A stretch of 64,000 nucleotides of DNA from Chiloscyllium plagiosum (lineage: Eukaryota), in contig NW_025215325.1 in NCBI RefSeq assembly GCF_004010195.1, positions 1 through 64,000 of the forward strand. The letters run 5' to 3'. The notes under the pieces were generated by a model. It was not told the DNA's origin. It did not search any database and saw only the letters and a program-made list of their open reading frames with translations. Position numbers and translations under genes: made by a program. Shown here piece by piece: positions 1-12,597 of this stretch (position 1 is its first letter; each line of letters opens with the position of its first letter).

Positions 1-243
1 GACCTCAGGGGCAACTTTTTCATGCAGAGGGTGGTACGTGTATGGAATGAGCTGCCAGAGGAAGTGGTGGAGGCTGGTACAATTGCAACATTTAAGAGGC
101 ATCTGGATGGGTATATGAATAGGGTTTGGGGGGATATGGGCTGGGTGCTGGCGGGTGGGACTAGATTGGGTTGGGATATCTGGTCGGCATGGACAGGTTG
201 GACCGAAGGGTCTGTTTCCATGCTGTACATCTCTATGACTCTA
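1..243 (+). mobile_element. CR1/HER1 LINE 3' end
   Basis: QRVVRVWNELPEEVVEAGTIATFKRHLD (CR1 ORF2 C-terminus) and a 3' tail ending ctctatgactct. Confidence 0.85.
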
Positions 244-1039
244 CGAGTAAGGGTTTTAGTTTGAAAATTCTAAACCAAAAATGTTTGGTTCCAAATTTGA
301 AGCAGTGTTTTCAAGCTAAGAATGTTTGAACTCAGTTGTGTGAATGATCAAAGAAAAGATAATCAATTTTTGGAATTGCAAGCAACTATTATGTCAAATA
401 TACAGATATAATAGAGAATGGAATCCTCCCTCTGGTATTTGAATAATGTAACATGATAGCTTTCGGAGAAATGGGATTTTGTTCTGCAATCTTTCAAACT
501 GAGATGTAAATATCTTAGTTTATTCTATTTTATCTTCATTATAGTTCTATTTTATTGTTAAAATTAAATCTGCAGCAATGCGTGCTTATATTTCAGTGAA
601 AGCCACATTAAATTTAAAAACTAACAGAATACGATCTTGCAAGCTGGATTTCAGTCTGGGATATAATGTTCCCAGTACTAACATCAGCTGGGATTATATC
701 ACCACCACCCTGAGAGGTCCCCTCCAAGCCACTCACCACCCTGACTCGGAAGTATATTGTAGTTCCTTCAGTATCGCTAGATCAAAATCCTATAATTCCC
801 TCCCTAAACTGCACAGGGGAGGGTTGGAGGGAGGATGGGGAGTGGGAACCTGCAACCGTTTCAGAAGGCAGTTCGCCACTATCATCGCAAAGATCATTAA
901 GGATGGGCAATAAATGCTGGCCCACCAGAGACATTCACAAAGATGAATGATTAAAGGGATATATTGTCACATCCTCACAATCTCCCCAAACGATTTGCAG
1001 CCAGGAAATACAGTTATGGCGGCTGTATCGGGTGCATGA

Positions 1040-1380
1040 TGGTGTGCATTGATAATATCACTGAGTTAGTAATGCAGAGGATCTGGGGATATGGGTTCAA
1101 ATCCCACCACAGCAGATGGTGGAATTTAAACTCAATGAATAAATACAGATATGAAAGCCATTGTGACTGTGAGAACTACTACTGATTGTTTGTTAAAAAC
1201 TTATCAGGTCCACTACTATTCTTTAGGATAATAAATCCTTGTTCGGCTTGAAATCCATGTGACTCCAGGCTAACAGTAATGGGGTTTGAATTCTAACTGC
1301 CCTCTGATACAGCTGAGTAAACCACTCATTTTCAAGGGTAATTGAGAATCAGCAATACATGCTGGTCCTGCCTGCAATGC
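1040..1380 (+). mobile_element. Old tRNA-derived SINE (related copies at ~14950-15430 on minus and ~58600-58940)
   Basis: B-box-like gggttcaaatccc. The body (catgtgactccag...aactgccctctg) is shared with other copies in the window. Confidence 0.5.
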
Positions 1381-1544
1381 ACACACCCACTGAGAGAGTA
1401 ATGAAAACAAAACTAATGAGAGTCAGCACAGATTCAGTGCTCAAGTCTAATGTGTAATGGAGGGAACCCAACAGTCCACATACGCACAGCAAGGACTGAC
1501 AAACATTCATGTCAAATTATCCATTCATCTTCTCCACAGATGTT

Positions 1545-3660
1545 GCTTGAGAAGTAAATTCTGCCAATGACAGCAGGGAGTCTTCTACGCTGCACTTCTA
1601 AAAGGCCACAGAAGCTTGAACATACACCTCAAGGCAAGGACAGTTTCAGTTTAATGTCTCATTCAATGAACTCCCTCAGTACTGATGCTCTAAACATGCA
1701 ACACTCCCTCAGCACTGACCCTCTTGACAGTGCAGCACTCCCTCAGCACTGACCCTCCGACAGTGCAGCACTCCCTCAGCACTGATCCTCCGACAGTGCG
1801 GCACTCCCTCAGCACTGACCCTCCGACAGTGCAGCACTCCCTCAGCACTGACCCTCCGACAGTGCAGCACTCCCTCAGCACTGACCCTCCGACAGTGCAG
1901 CACTCCCTCAGCACTGACCCTCCGACAGTGCAGCACTCCCTCAGCACTGACCCTCCGACAGTGCAGCACTCCCTCAGCACTGACCCTCCGACAGTGCAGC
2001 ACTCCCTCAGCACTGACCCTCCGACAGTGCAGCACTCCCTCAGCACTGACCCTCCGACAGTGCAGCACTCCCTCAGCACTGACCCTCCGACAGTGCAGCA
2101 CTCCCTCAGCACTGACCCTCCGACAGTGCAGCACTCCCTCAGCACTGACCCTCCGACAGTGCAGCACTCCCTCAGCACTGACCCTCCGACAGTGCAGCAC
2201 TCCCTCAGCACTGACCCTCCGACAGTGCAGCACTCCCTCAGCACTGACCCTCCGACAGTGCAGCACTCCCTCAGCACTGATCCTCCGACAGTGCGGCACT
2301 TCCTCAGCATTGACCCTCTTGACAGTGCAACACTCCCTCAGCACTGATCCTCCGACAGTGCGGCACTTCCTCAGCATTGACCCTCTTGACAGTGCAACAC
2401 TCCCTCAGCACTGATCCTCCGACAGTGCGGCACTTCCTCAGCATTGACCCTCTTGACAGTGCAACACTCCCTCAGCACTGATCCTCCGACAGTGCGGCAC
2501 TTCCTCAGCATTGACCCTCTTGACAGTGCAACACTCCCTCAGCACTGATCCTCCGACAGTGCGGCACTTCCTCAGCATTGACCCTCTTGACAGTGCAACA
2601 CTCCCTCAGCACTGATCCTCCGACAGTGCGGCACTTCCTCAGCATTGACCCTCTTGACAGTGCAACACTCCCTCAGCACTGATCCTCCGACAGTGCGGCA
2701 CTCCCTCAGCACTGACTCTCCGACAGTGCGGCACTCTCTCGGCACTGACCCTCCAACAGTGCGGCACTCCCNNNNNNNNNNNNNNNNNNNNNNNNNNNNN
2801 NNNNNNNNNNNNNNNNNNNNNNNNNNNNNNNNNNNNNNNNNNNNNNNNNNNNNNNNNNNNNNNNNNNNNNNNNNNNNNNNNNNNNNNNNNNNNNNNNNNN
2901 NNNNNNNNNNNNNNNNNNNNNNNNNNNNNNNNNNNNNNNNNNNNNNNNNNNNNNNNNNNNNNNNNNNNNNNNNNNNNNNNNNNNNNNNNNNNNNNNNNNN
3001 NNNNNNNNNNNNNNNNNNNNNNNNNNNNNNNNNNNNNNNNNNNNNNNNNNNNNNNNNNNNNNNNNNNNNNNNNNNNNNNNNNNNNNNNNNNNNNNNNNNN
3101 NNNNNNNNNNNNNNNNNNNNNNNNNNNNNNNNNNNNNNNNNNNNNNNNNNNNNNNNNNNNNNNNNNNNNNNNNNNNNNNNNNNNNNNNNNNNNGCACTCC
3201 CTCAGCACTGACCCTCCGACAGTGCAGCACTCCCTCTGCACTGACCCTCCGACAGTGCAGCACTCCCTCTGCACTGACCCTCCGACAGTGCAGCACTCCC
3301 TCTGCACTGACCCTCCGACAGTGCAGCACTCCCTCAGCACTGACCCTCCGACAGTGCAGCACTCCCTCAGCACTGACCCTCCGACAGTGCAGCACTCCCT
3401 CTGCACTGACCCTCCGACAGTGCAGCACTCCCTCTGCACTGACCCTCTGACAGAGCAGCGCTCCCTCAGCACTGACCCACCGACAGTGCAGCACTGTCTC
3501 AGTATTGACCCTCCGACAGTGCAGCACTCCTCCATTGACTCTCTGCAAGTGTGAACCTCCCTCAGCACAGCACTGACTGCATTGTCCTGTAGTTTATATT
3601 CAATATTCTGGAAGGGACCTTGATCCCGTAATCTCAGAGCTGCACATAGCAGACGCGTGA
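1545..3660 (+). mobile_element. Degenerate DeuSINE-like element hosting a minisatellite expansion
   Basis: Both flanks of the array resemble consecutive parts of the Deu-domain SINE body also seen at ~63350-63920. Confidence 0.5.
1670..3570. repeat. 33-bp minisatellite (cactccctcagcactgaccctccgacagtgcag)n, contains an N gap
   Basis: Near-perfect tandem units. An alternating 67-bp dimer period appears at ~2270-2690. Confidence 0.97.
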
Positions 3661-4852
3661 AGCCTCCTTCCATTTCCAGACAGTGCCCATCGTGGGGTTA
3701 TTCCATCTTATTTTCAGAATTGGAGTGAGGAATAACTAATTAATGTGATTTTGAAAGAATCTACAAATAGACCAATTAAACAACATTGTTATGTAGGAAA
3801 CTGGGACTTTATCCAATTTTTGTAAACTGAAAACTAATTGGCCTTGCTTTCGGTTGGAGCTGGAGGTGAAGAGAAGGTAACACTGCCCTCCAGTGTTAAC
3901 ACCAAGCAATCACATCACAAGCTCAATAGATTGCACATGCTTTCATGCTCCAAGAAAATAAAAATCTTTGTATTTATATTGTGCCTTTCACAGCTTCAGG
4001 TCATCCTAAAATGATTTACACCCATTAATATACTTTAGACGTGCTCCACAGGACAATACATTTGCTCACAGAAAGGTCTCACCACCAGAATTGACAAACA
4101 CCTACAAGTTATACAGTGACTCCATTGTTTTTGTGAAATGATAAATTGGACAATAGGCTAAGTAATGATTGACGATGTTGGTTGAGGTATAAATATTGGC
4201 TAGGAAGTTAAAGATTGCAGTTTTATAAGATGGTTATGTTTGTCTGGTCTCTCTCAGATAAAATGGAGTAGTGACAAGTCATGTGATTTGCAATGTCTTC
4301 TGTCCAACATGGAGCCTGAGTGGTTGAGTTACCATGGAAACCAGAGACCCAGAAAATGCCTACTAAAATTAAGATTGTTTCTTTACATCTGAACGCAAGA
4401 AGAGAGACAACTATTCTTGTCCGTCCTAAACTTTCAATCTCCCAAACAAATTGGAAAGCTTTAACAGGAAGACAGACAGAGAGGGACAATGGCTATAGCA
4501 GCAAGGGTGGTCAGAGCTGAGGAGATACCGCAGACAGTTACCAGACAAAACACAACAATGAGGACTCTCTCTGATCAAACTAATTCATCCTGTGGCAGAC
4601 AAAGACGTGTCCTGGTGTGCCCAGGAGCTGGAATCACACAAATGGACTGACTGCTGGTCACTGGTTCTGAACACTGAGTGAAACTCCTGTAATAGTCACT
4701 CCAGACACGACACTAGGAAAGACAGTGAATGAACCCTTCGGGAGTTACTGAGCTTTGTTTCTTACAAAGACTAATTCTGTTGAAAGCACACTGTAATGAG
4801 TTTGCACGTGGTGTGGGGTTCTCAGTCACATTTAACGCAAACAGGAGAAAAT

Positions 4853-4972
4853 GAGGACTGCAGATTCTAGGGATCAGAGTTGAGAGCGTGTTGCTGGAAA
4901 AGCACAGCAGGTCAGGCAGCATCTGAGGAGCAGGAGAATCAACATTTCAGGCATAAGCCCTTCATCAGGAAT
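4853..4972 (-). mobile_element. Penelope-like terminal fragment
   Basis: ggagaaaatgaggactgcag...gcccttcatcagga, same family as 34862-35231. Confidence 0.65.
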
Positions 4973-5119
4973 GATGCACATTCATAACGAATAACTGTTT
5001 TGTTTTTGTAGAGTATGAGGTGCCATCAAACAATGTCTAGTCAATTTTGCTGTATGTCTATTTTTTACAGTAAAACGGCTTAAGGTTTGAACCCTTGTTG
5101 GATAATTTTTTAAGCTAAT

Positions 5120-7500
5120 TCAGCACTGACCCTCACACAGTGCAGAACTCCCTCATTACTGACCCTCCGATAGTGCGGCATTCCCTTAGTATTGACCCTC
5201 GAACAGTGAGGCACTCCCTCGGTACTGATCCTCCCATAGTGCAGCATTCCCTCATTAGAGACCCTCCGATAGTGCTGCATTCCCTCAGTACTGACCCTCC
5301 GACAGGGCGGCACTCCCTCAGTACTGACCTTCTGACAGTGCAGCTCTCCCTCAGCACTCACCCTCCGACATGCGGCACTCCCTCAGCACAGACCCTCCGA
5401 CATGCAGCACTCCCTCAGCACTGACCCTCTGACAGTGCAGCACTCCATCAACACTGACACTCCAACAGTGCGGCACTCCCTCAGTACTGACCCTCCGAGA
5501 GTGCAGCAATCTCTCAGTACTGACCCTCCGACAGGGTGGCACTCCCTCAGAACTGACCTTCTGACAGTGCGGCTCTCCCTCAGCACTCACCCTCCGACAT
5601 GCGGCACTCCCTCAGCACACACCCTCCGACATGCAGCACTCCCTCAGCACTGACCCTATGACAGTGCAGCACTCCCTCAACACTGACACTCCAACAGTCC
5701 GGCACTCCCTCAGTACTGACCCTCTGACAGTCAGCACTGACCCTCCGACAGTGCGGCACTCCCTCAGCACTGACCCTTCAACAGTGCGGCACTCCCCCAG
5801 TATTGACCACCGATAGTACTACACTCCCTCTGCACTGACCCTCTGACAGTGCGGCACTCCCTCAGCACTGACTGTCCCACAGTGCGGCCCTCCCTCAGCA
5901 CTGACCCTCCAACAGTGCAGCACTCCCTCAGCACTGACCCTCCGACAGTGCGTCATTCCCTCAGCACTGACCTTCTCACAGTGCAGCACTCCCTGAGCAC
6001 TGACCCTCCGACAGTGTGGCACTCCCTCAGGACTGACCCTCCGACGTCCGTCAATCCCTCAATACTGGCCCTCCAACAGTGCGCCACTCCCTCAGCACTA
6101 ATCCTCTGACAGTGCGGCACTCCCTCAGTACTGACCTTCTGACAGTGCGGCACTCCCTCAGCACTGACCCTCCGACAGTGCGGCACTCCCTCAGTACTGA
6201 CCCTCTGACAGTGCGGCACTCCCTCAGTACTGACCTTCTGACAGTGCGGCTCTCCCTCAGCACTGACCCTCCGACAGTGCGGCACTCCCTCAGTACTGAT
6301 CCTCCAACTGTGCAGCACTCCCTCAGCACTGACCCTCTAACAGTGCGGCACCCCCTCAGCACTGACCCTCTAACAGTGCAGGGCTCCTTCATTACTGACC
6401 CTCCAACAGTGCGGCACTCCCTCAGTATTGACCCTCCGACAGTGCGGCACCCACTCAGTACTGACCCTCCAACTGTGCAGCACTCCCTCAGCACTGACCC
6501 TCTGATAGTGCGGCACTCCCTTAGCACTGACTCTCTGACAGCGCAGCACTCCCTCAGCACTGACCCTGTGACAGTGTGGCACTCCATCAGCACTGACCCT
6601 CTGACAGTGCGGCACCCCCTCAGCACTGACCCTCTAACAGTGCAGGGCTCCTTCTTTACTGACCCTCCAACAGTGCAGCACTCCCTCAGCACTGACCCTC
6701 TGACAGTGTGGCACTCCCTCAGCACTGACCCTCTGACAGCGCAGCACTCCCTCAGCACTGACCCTCCGACAGTGCTGCACTCCCTCAGCACTGACTCTCT
6801 GACAGCGCAGCACTCCCTCAGCACTGACCCTCTGACAGCGCAGCACTCCCTCAGCACTGACCCTCTGACAGTGTGGGGCTCCCTCAGCATTAACCCTCTG
6901 ACAGTGCGGCACCACCTCAGCACTGACCCTCTAACAGTGCAGGGTTCCTTCTTTACTGACCCCCCAACTGTGCAGCACTCCCTCAGCACTGACCCTCTGA
7001 CAGTGTGGCACTCCCTCAGCACTGACCCTCTGACAGCGCAGCACTCCCTCAGCACTGACCCTCCGACAGTGCAGCACTCCCTCAGCACTGACCCTCTGAC
7101 AGCGCAGCACTCCCTCAGCACTGACCCTCCGACAGTGCTGCACTCCCTCAGCACTGACCCTCCGACAGTGCAGCATCCCCTCAGCATTGACCCTCTGATA
7201 GTGTGGCGCTCCCTCAGCACTGACCATCTGACAGTGCAGCACTCCCTCAGTACTGACCTCCGACAGTGCAGCACTCCCTCAGCACTGACCCTTCGACAGT
7301 GCGGCAGTCCCTTAGCACTGACCCTCTGACAGTGTGGCGCTCCCTCAGCACTAACCCTCCGACAGTGTGGCACTCCTTCAGCACTGACCCTCCAACAGTG
7401 CAGCACTCCCTCAGTATTGACCTGACAGTGTGGCACTCCCTCAGCACTGACCCACTGACAGTGTGACTCCCTCACAGTACTGACCTTCTGAAGGTGCTGT
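5120..7500. repeat. More diverged array of the same 33-bp minisatellite
   Basis: Same consensus with more substitutions and higher-order block duplications. Confidence 0.95.
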
Positions 7501-7749
7501 TCCATTTCTGGCCTATTGCTAATTTATATTGCTCCATCTTCAATGACTGTGCCTCAGCCCTGAGGTCTGGAATTTGCTCACTGAAGCTGTCTATCTCTCT
7601 CATTCCCGTTAAGATGCTCCTTTATTTACTAACATTTTGATCAGCTGCTCCAATTGTGGTAAAAAATTGTCCACTAACATTCCTCTGAAGCACTTTAAAA
7701 CCTGGACCTTTTCCTACTTTAAAGCTGCCATCTAATGGCATGTTAGCAG

Positions 7750-8025
7750 GATCACAGTGACTTAGTGGATAACAGTGCTGCCTTAGAGCAGCATGGACCC
7801 CAGTTTGATTTCAACATTAGGTGACCGTGTGGAATTTGCACATTCTCCTTGTGTCTGTGTGGGTTTGTTCTGGGTGCTCCGGTTTCCTTCCACAGTCTGA
7901 AGATGTGCAGGTTAGGTGGATTAGCCATGGGAAATTGGGAAGAGGGCTCTGGGCGAGATGGTCTTCAGTGGGTCAGTACTGGCTTGATGGGCCGTATGGT
8001 CTTTCCACACTGTTGGGATCATTTG
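7750..8025 (+). mobile_element. HE1-like tRNA-derived V-SINE (degenerate)
   Basis: Core gtgtggaatttgcacattctcc...gggtgctccggtttccttccacagtc...gatgtgcaggttagg. Confidence 0.75.
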
Positions 8026-8204
8026 AACTGCAATTTGGTGTTGCTCTTCTGTTAAGTTTCCAAAGGCACAGAGTTTAAATGGAGACCACAAAGTTAAATT
8101 AAACAATGCACAGTCGATCCCTGTTAATTCAAATGCACTAATCTACCTGCAGCAAGATTGAATCTTTACACATTCTTTATTGAATAATGTCCGTCAGCAC
8201 TGAC

Positions 8205-8337
8205 CTTATGGCAATCTCCTCCTGGTATCAATTCCTGGATACACACCATTGGTCCCTCAGGCTTGTTGGTCCCACCCACAATGTTCAAGCCAAGATTTGT
8301 CACTTTGGGAATAGAGATCAGCTGAATTGGAGAGTTC
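8205..8337 (-). CDS. STXBP4: STXBP4 exon, canonical PDZ first half (NSPIQLISIPKVTNLGLNIVGGTNKPEGPMVCIQELIPGGDCHK)
   Basis: 133 nt, ccttttcattcag acceptor, AAG|gtcagt donor. Closely resembles my recollection of the mammalian STXBP4 PDZ (GLGLKVLGGINRNEGPLVYIQEIIPGGDCYK). The next exon was not found in the window. Confidence 0.9.
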
Positions 8338-8519
8338 CTGAATGAAAAGGGGGAATCAGAACAGACATCAAACTCTCTGCTGGTAATCAGATCCTCTTGA
8401 GGCTCAGGAATGTTACTGTGGAAGCCATTCAGCCCATTGTGCCTGCACTCACTCACCAAACCAGCAATTCACTTTGTGACATTCTCCCACTTCTCCATGC
8501 AAACCTGCACACTGTTCCT

Positions 8520-9867
8520 GAATATAGGTTTGCTCACTGAGCTGGAAGGTTCATCTCCAGACGTTTCATCACCCTACTTGGTAAGATCTTCAATGGGCCT
8601 CTGTACGAAGCACTGCTGAAAATTCCTGCTTTCTATTTATATGTTTGGGGTTCTTTGGGTTGGTGATGTCACTACCTGTTCTTTTTTTGAGGGGCTGTTG
8701 GATGGGGTCTAACTCGATGTGTTTGTTGATAGAGTTCCAGTTGGAATGCCATGCTTCTAGGAATTTCCATGCGTGTCTTTGTTTGGGTTGTCCTAGGATG
8801 GATGTGTTGTCCCAGTCGAAGTGGTGTCCTTCCTTATCTGTATGTAAGGATACTAATGAGAGAGGGTCATGTCGTTTTGTGGCTAGTTGATGTTCATGTA
8901 TCCTGGTGGCTAGTTTTCTGCCTGTTTGTCCAATATAGTGTTTGTTACAGTTCTTGCACGGTATTTTGTAAATGACATTAGTTTTGCTTGTTGTCTGAAA
9001 AGGGTCTTTCAAGTTTATTAGCTGCTGTTTTAGTGTGTCGGTGGGTTTGTGGGCTACCATGATGCCAAGAAGTCTGAGGAGTCTGGCAGTCATTGCCGAG
9101 ATGTCTTTGATGTAGGGGAGAGTGCTGCAGTGTGTGTTGGCTCATTGAAATAATGTTCTGATGCAGCTTTGTTTGTGGGTGTTGGGGTGATTACTTCTGT
9201 AGTTCAATTATTGGTCCTTATGTGTTAGTTTTCTGTAGACGCTGGTTTGAAGTTCCCCATTGGCTGTTCGCTCTACTATGACATCTAGGAATGGCAGTTT
9301 GTTGTTGTTTTCCTCCTCTTTAGTGAATTTTATGCCAGTAAGGGTATTATCGATGGTCTTGAAGGTTTCACAAAATTCACAAACCAAGAACCCCCCTCAG
9401 ACCCATTGGACAAACAGGCAGAAAACTAGCCACCAGGATACATGAACACCAACTAGCCACAAAATGACATGACCCTCTCTGACTAGTATCCTCACGTACA
9501 GATAAGAAAGGACACCACTTCAACTGGGACAACACATCCATCCTAGGACAAGACAAACAGAGACATGCATGAGAATTCCTAGAAGCACGGCATTCCAACC
9601 AGGACTCTATCAACAAACACATCGAGTTAGATGCCATCTACCACCCTCAGAAAAATAACAGGAAGTGACTTCATCACAGGAAATGACATCACCAACCCAA
9701 AGAAACCCAAACATATTAATAGAAAGCAGGGATCATGTACACTGCTTCGCCTGAGGCCTACTGAAGATGTTACCTAGTAGGGTGACGAAACGTCTGGAAA
9801 TGAACCTTCCAGTTCAGCGAGCAAACCTACATCCAGAACCTCAACCTGAGCTACAAATCTTCTCAAA
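8520..9867 (-). mobile_element. Penelope-like retroelement: RT C-terminus and GIY-YIG endonuclease, followed by an inverted copy of its 3' end
   Basis: ORF 8590-9093 reads VIYKIPCKNCNKHYIGQTGRKLATRIHEH (GIY-YIG), with an LPFLDV-type RT motif near 9290. 9405-9830 is an inverted copy of ~8522-8935. Candidate TSD acactgttcct/acattgttcct. Confidence 0.9.
9755..9798 (+). ncRNA. Putative minimal type I hammerhead ribozyme in the Penelope terminus
   Basis: CTGAAGA-T-GTTACC(tagtag)GGTGAC-GAAA-CG-TC just 3' of the endonuclease coding region. Stem I is only about 3 bp. Confidence 0.55.
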
Positions 9868-10002
9868 ACATTGTTCCTCTTCAGATAACGTGCAATTTCT
9901 TTTTGAAAGCCTCAATTGAATCTGCCTCACCGCAATGTCATTCTGAACCTTAACCAATTAATGTGAAAACGTTTCTCTTACATTGTTTTTCTTAATTCTT
10001 TC

Positions 10003-10230
10003 AGTTAGCTCAGTTGGCTGGATGGCTGGTCTGAGATAGAGAGTGACGTCACTAGCATGGGTTCAATTCCTGAGGTAGTAGCCAAGGTTATTGTGAAGGC
10101 TTCCACCTTCTCGGCTTTGCCCTTACCTGAGGCATGGTGACCCTAAGGATAAACTACCACCAGTCTCCTCATTCTAATGAGGAAGCAGCCCTAAAGTCCG
10201 GTAAGACTATGGCGACACAAAAACAACAAC
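10003..10230 (+). mobile_element. tRNA-derived SINE (related pieces at 13135-13265 on minus and 31445-31620)
   Basis: A-box-like tagctcagttgg, B-box-like ggttcaattcc, and a 3' part shared with the inverted copy near 13150. Confidence 0.5.
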
Positions 10231-10627
10231 TGGACTAATAATGCAGAGAGAACTATTCCAAAGAACTGAAGAGAACACTGGTGACAAACCCTCTTGAGTA
10301 TTGTGTACAGTTTCAGTCTTAATCCTTCAGGAGAGATAAGACTTTCATTGGAAGCAGTTTGGAAAAGGGTTGATTTCTGGGATGAAGGCATTGTCCTGTG
10401 AGCTAGTGGATCAGGAAGATCAGGTCAGCAATACTTTTCCATATTATCAATTGAGTCAACTCCTCGGTCAGACAGCACAGTTCACTGCTGGGTGCTAATA
10501 GGGAACAGCATGTGACAGAGAGGGTGAGACAGGAAAACTGACCCCCAAGGGCCAGACCATCAGACACTTTACAGGGGATAAGAGCCCCAGTAGCTGAGAC
10601 CCTGCTGGGTGCTGAGGAGATGATTAC

Positions 10628-10757
10628 CTTCTGGTTGGTGCTGCTGTGTTTGTAGTAACAATCCCACTGTTGCTAGCCACAATATCGTTCGGGCTTAAGA
10701 GCTGTGGACTCGGGCAGCTGCATAAGGATGTTGATGACGTGCTCTCGAGGTGTTTAC
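10628..10757 (-). CDS. STXBP4: STXBP4-like Ser/Thr-rich linker exon (GKHLESTSSTSLCSCPSPQLLSP...AAPTRR)
   Basis: 130 nt, actcag acceptor, AG|gtaat donor, phase 1-2 consistent with the flanking exons. Confidence 0.75.
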
Positions 10758-11149
10758 CTGAGTACGACAATGAGAACATCATTGAAGGCTTTCTGTTTTG
10801 AACATTTGCGTTTTCCGCTTTGGTCTTCATTGTGCACGTGACCTCAGCCTCACCAATTCTTCTCCTTATTTTCAAATCCCTAGAAGACGCACTATACACT
10901 CTGCTTGCAAAATCAGAACTACAGAATTGTTGTAGTGATGGAGAAGGCCATTCATCCCATCATGTCTGCACTAGCTCTCGGAACTGTTTATAACTTTGTT
11001 CCTTTTCCCTTTAACCCTGCACAACTCCTTCACCTCTGACTCCCAATCTACGCACACTCTCCTGATCTATCCAATATTATCTATCCCATTAACCATTAGC
11101 AGTGAAACCTCAGCATCATATCCTGCACTCTGAATCCCCCTTCCGGAAT

Positions 11150-11400
11150 CAGAGAATCATGGAGTCATAGAGTCCATGGAGACAGGCCCTTTGGCCCAAC
11201 TGGTCCATGCAGACCAAACCGTCCATCCACACTAGCCCCACTGCCCTGCACTTGGCCCATACCCTTCTAATCCTTCCCTATCCATGTATTTGTCCAAATG
11301 CCCTTTAAATGTTGTTAATGTACCCACCTCAACCACTTCTGCTGGCAGCTCATTCCATATGCGTACCACCCTCTGTGTAAAAAAAGTTGTCCCTCAGCTT
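11150..11400 (-). mobile_element. CR1 LINE 3' end
   Basis: Reverse complement of the same 3' tail seen at 1-243. Confidence 0.8.
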
Positions 11401-12511
11401 CCTTTCTCCTTTTCTTCCCATCTCAACACCTGTCACCCTGATCCTCTCCATTTCCTGCTCAGAAAGCCTTTGATCTATTCTGAAGCCCCTTGCAGTTGGC
11501 AGTATGAAGGCATTTGTCAGACGGCCCAGGTCCCAGTGACACCTGTCCTACAGGCGTGTCACAACATGTCTGAGCAGGTTGATTAAAAACAGTGATAACA
11601 CAAATATAAACCTCAGCTGTTATCTAAGAAGAGAGTTTGCAAAGTCACCCAGGGTTGCTCACTCACTCTTCATGATGGTCCAACTCAGGACAGCAAAAAC
11701 ATGGCAACAACATATCAATGAACCAGGTACTTTCACAATTCATAACATTACCCATTTTACTCTCGTACAGCCTGCGCAGTTGCAAACTGGCCAGAACAGG
11801 CAGTAATGCTGCACATTTCCTCACTTATCTGAAATGTGCGGTCACACTTTGTGTTGCTCCCTAACAGTCAGTCAATCTCCATATGTACTATCACAGTGAT
11901 CCATAACAGTCAGTGTTTACAATGCACATCCCAAATAGCCTCCTGTTCCTGACTGTATTACTATTAATCTAGAACAATATCTGCTTCCACAAAGCACTGC
12001 ACTGATCCAGAACAGGCATTATATTGCATGGCACAGGCACACATCCAGAAGATCAGAAATATACTGGAAGAAACTAGTGATATAAATCTTCAAGGCAGTC
12101 TCTTTTTGACAATGCAGCCTATATTTATAGATTGAAAATCCTCTTTGTCTTAAGTAGCTAGACAGCACAGAAGGATAATCTGAAAGATTCAATTAATATC
12201 TGGTACTGTAGGAGCGGTGATTTGTTTTTATTCACTTGTGGGAACTGGGCAGCACTGGCCAGCATTTGTTGCCAGTCCATGGTTGCCGTTGGGAAGGTGG
12301 GGGTGAGCTACCATCTTGAACCGCTGTAGTCCGTGTGCTGTGGGTCGATCCACAATGCCCTTGGGGAGGGAATTCCAGGATTTTGACCCAGTGACAGTGA
12401 AGAAGCGGCAATATATTTCCTGACGTACAAATAGAAGGCAGATCCAGAGGAGTTTCAATCGGTGACGCTATATGTTCCCTCAGTCAGAGCCTTTGAGCCT
12501 GTGATTCTCAC

Positions 12512-12597
12512 CAGCAGCATGGGGAGTAGGTGAGCTGCGGGCTGATCCAGCATCACTGTGACAATCGTACTTCTCCATCAGTTCCGCAAATTCTTTC
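12512..12597 (-). CDS. STXBP4: STXBP4-like linker exon (KEFAELMEKYDCHSDAGSARSSPTPHAAG)
   Basis: 86 nt, ttgtcctttcag acceptor, G|gtgag donor. Phase 2-1 fits both neighbours across a ~30 kb intron. Confidence 0.8.

Noticed and set aside
1670..3570. CRISPR-like periodicity
   Set aside because: Units are directly adjacent with no unique spacers, there are no cas genes, and the context is eukaryotic.
1690..7505. Cys-rich repetitive ORFs (ECCTVGGSVLR)n
   Set aside because: These are translations of the 33-bp minisatellite, some running through N gaps, with no splice or domain support.
1..8200. Next STXBP4 exon (expected DGRLxPGDQLV...)
   Set aside because: No matching minus-strand exon was found by eye. 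It probably lies beyond the left edge of the window.
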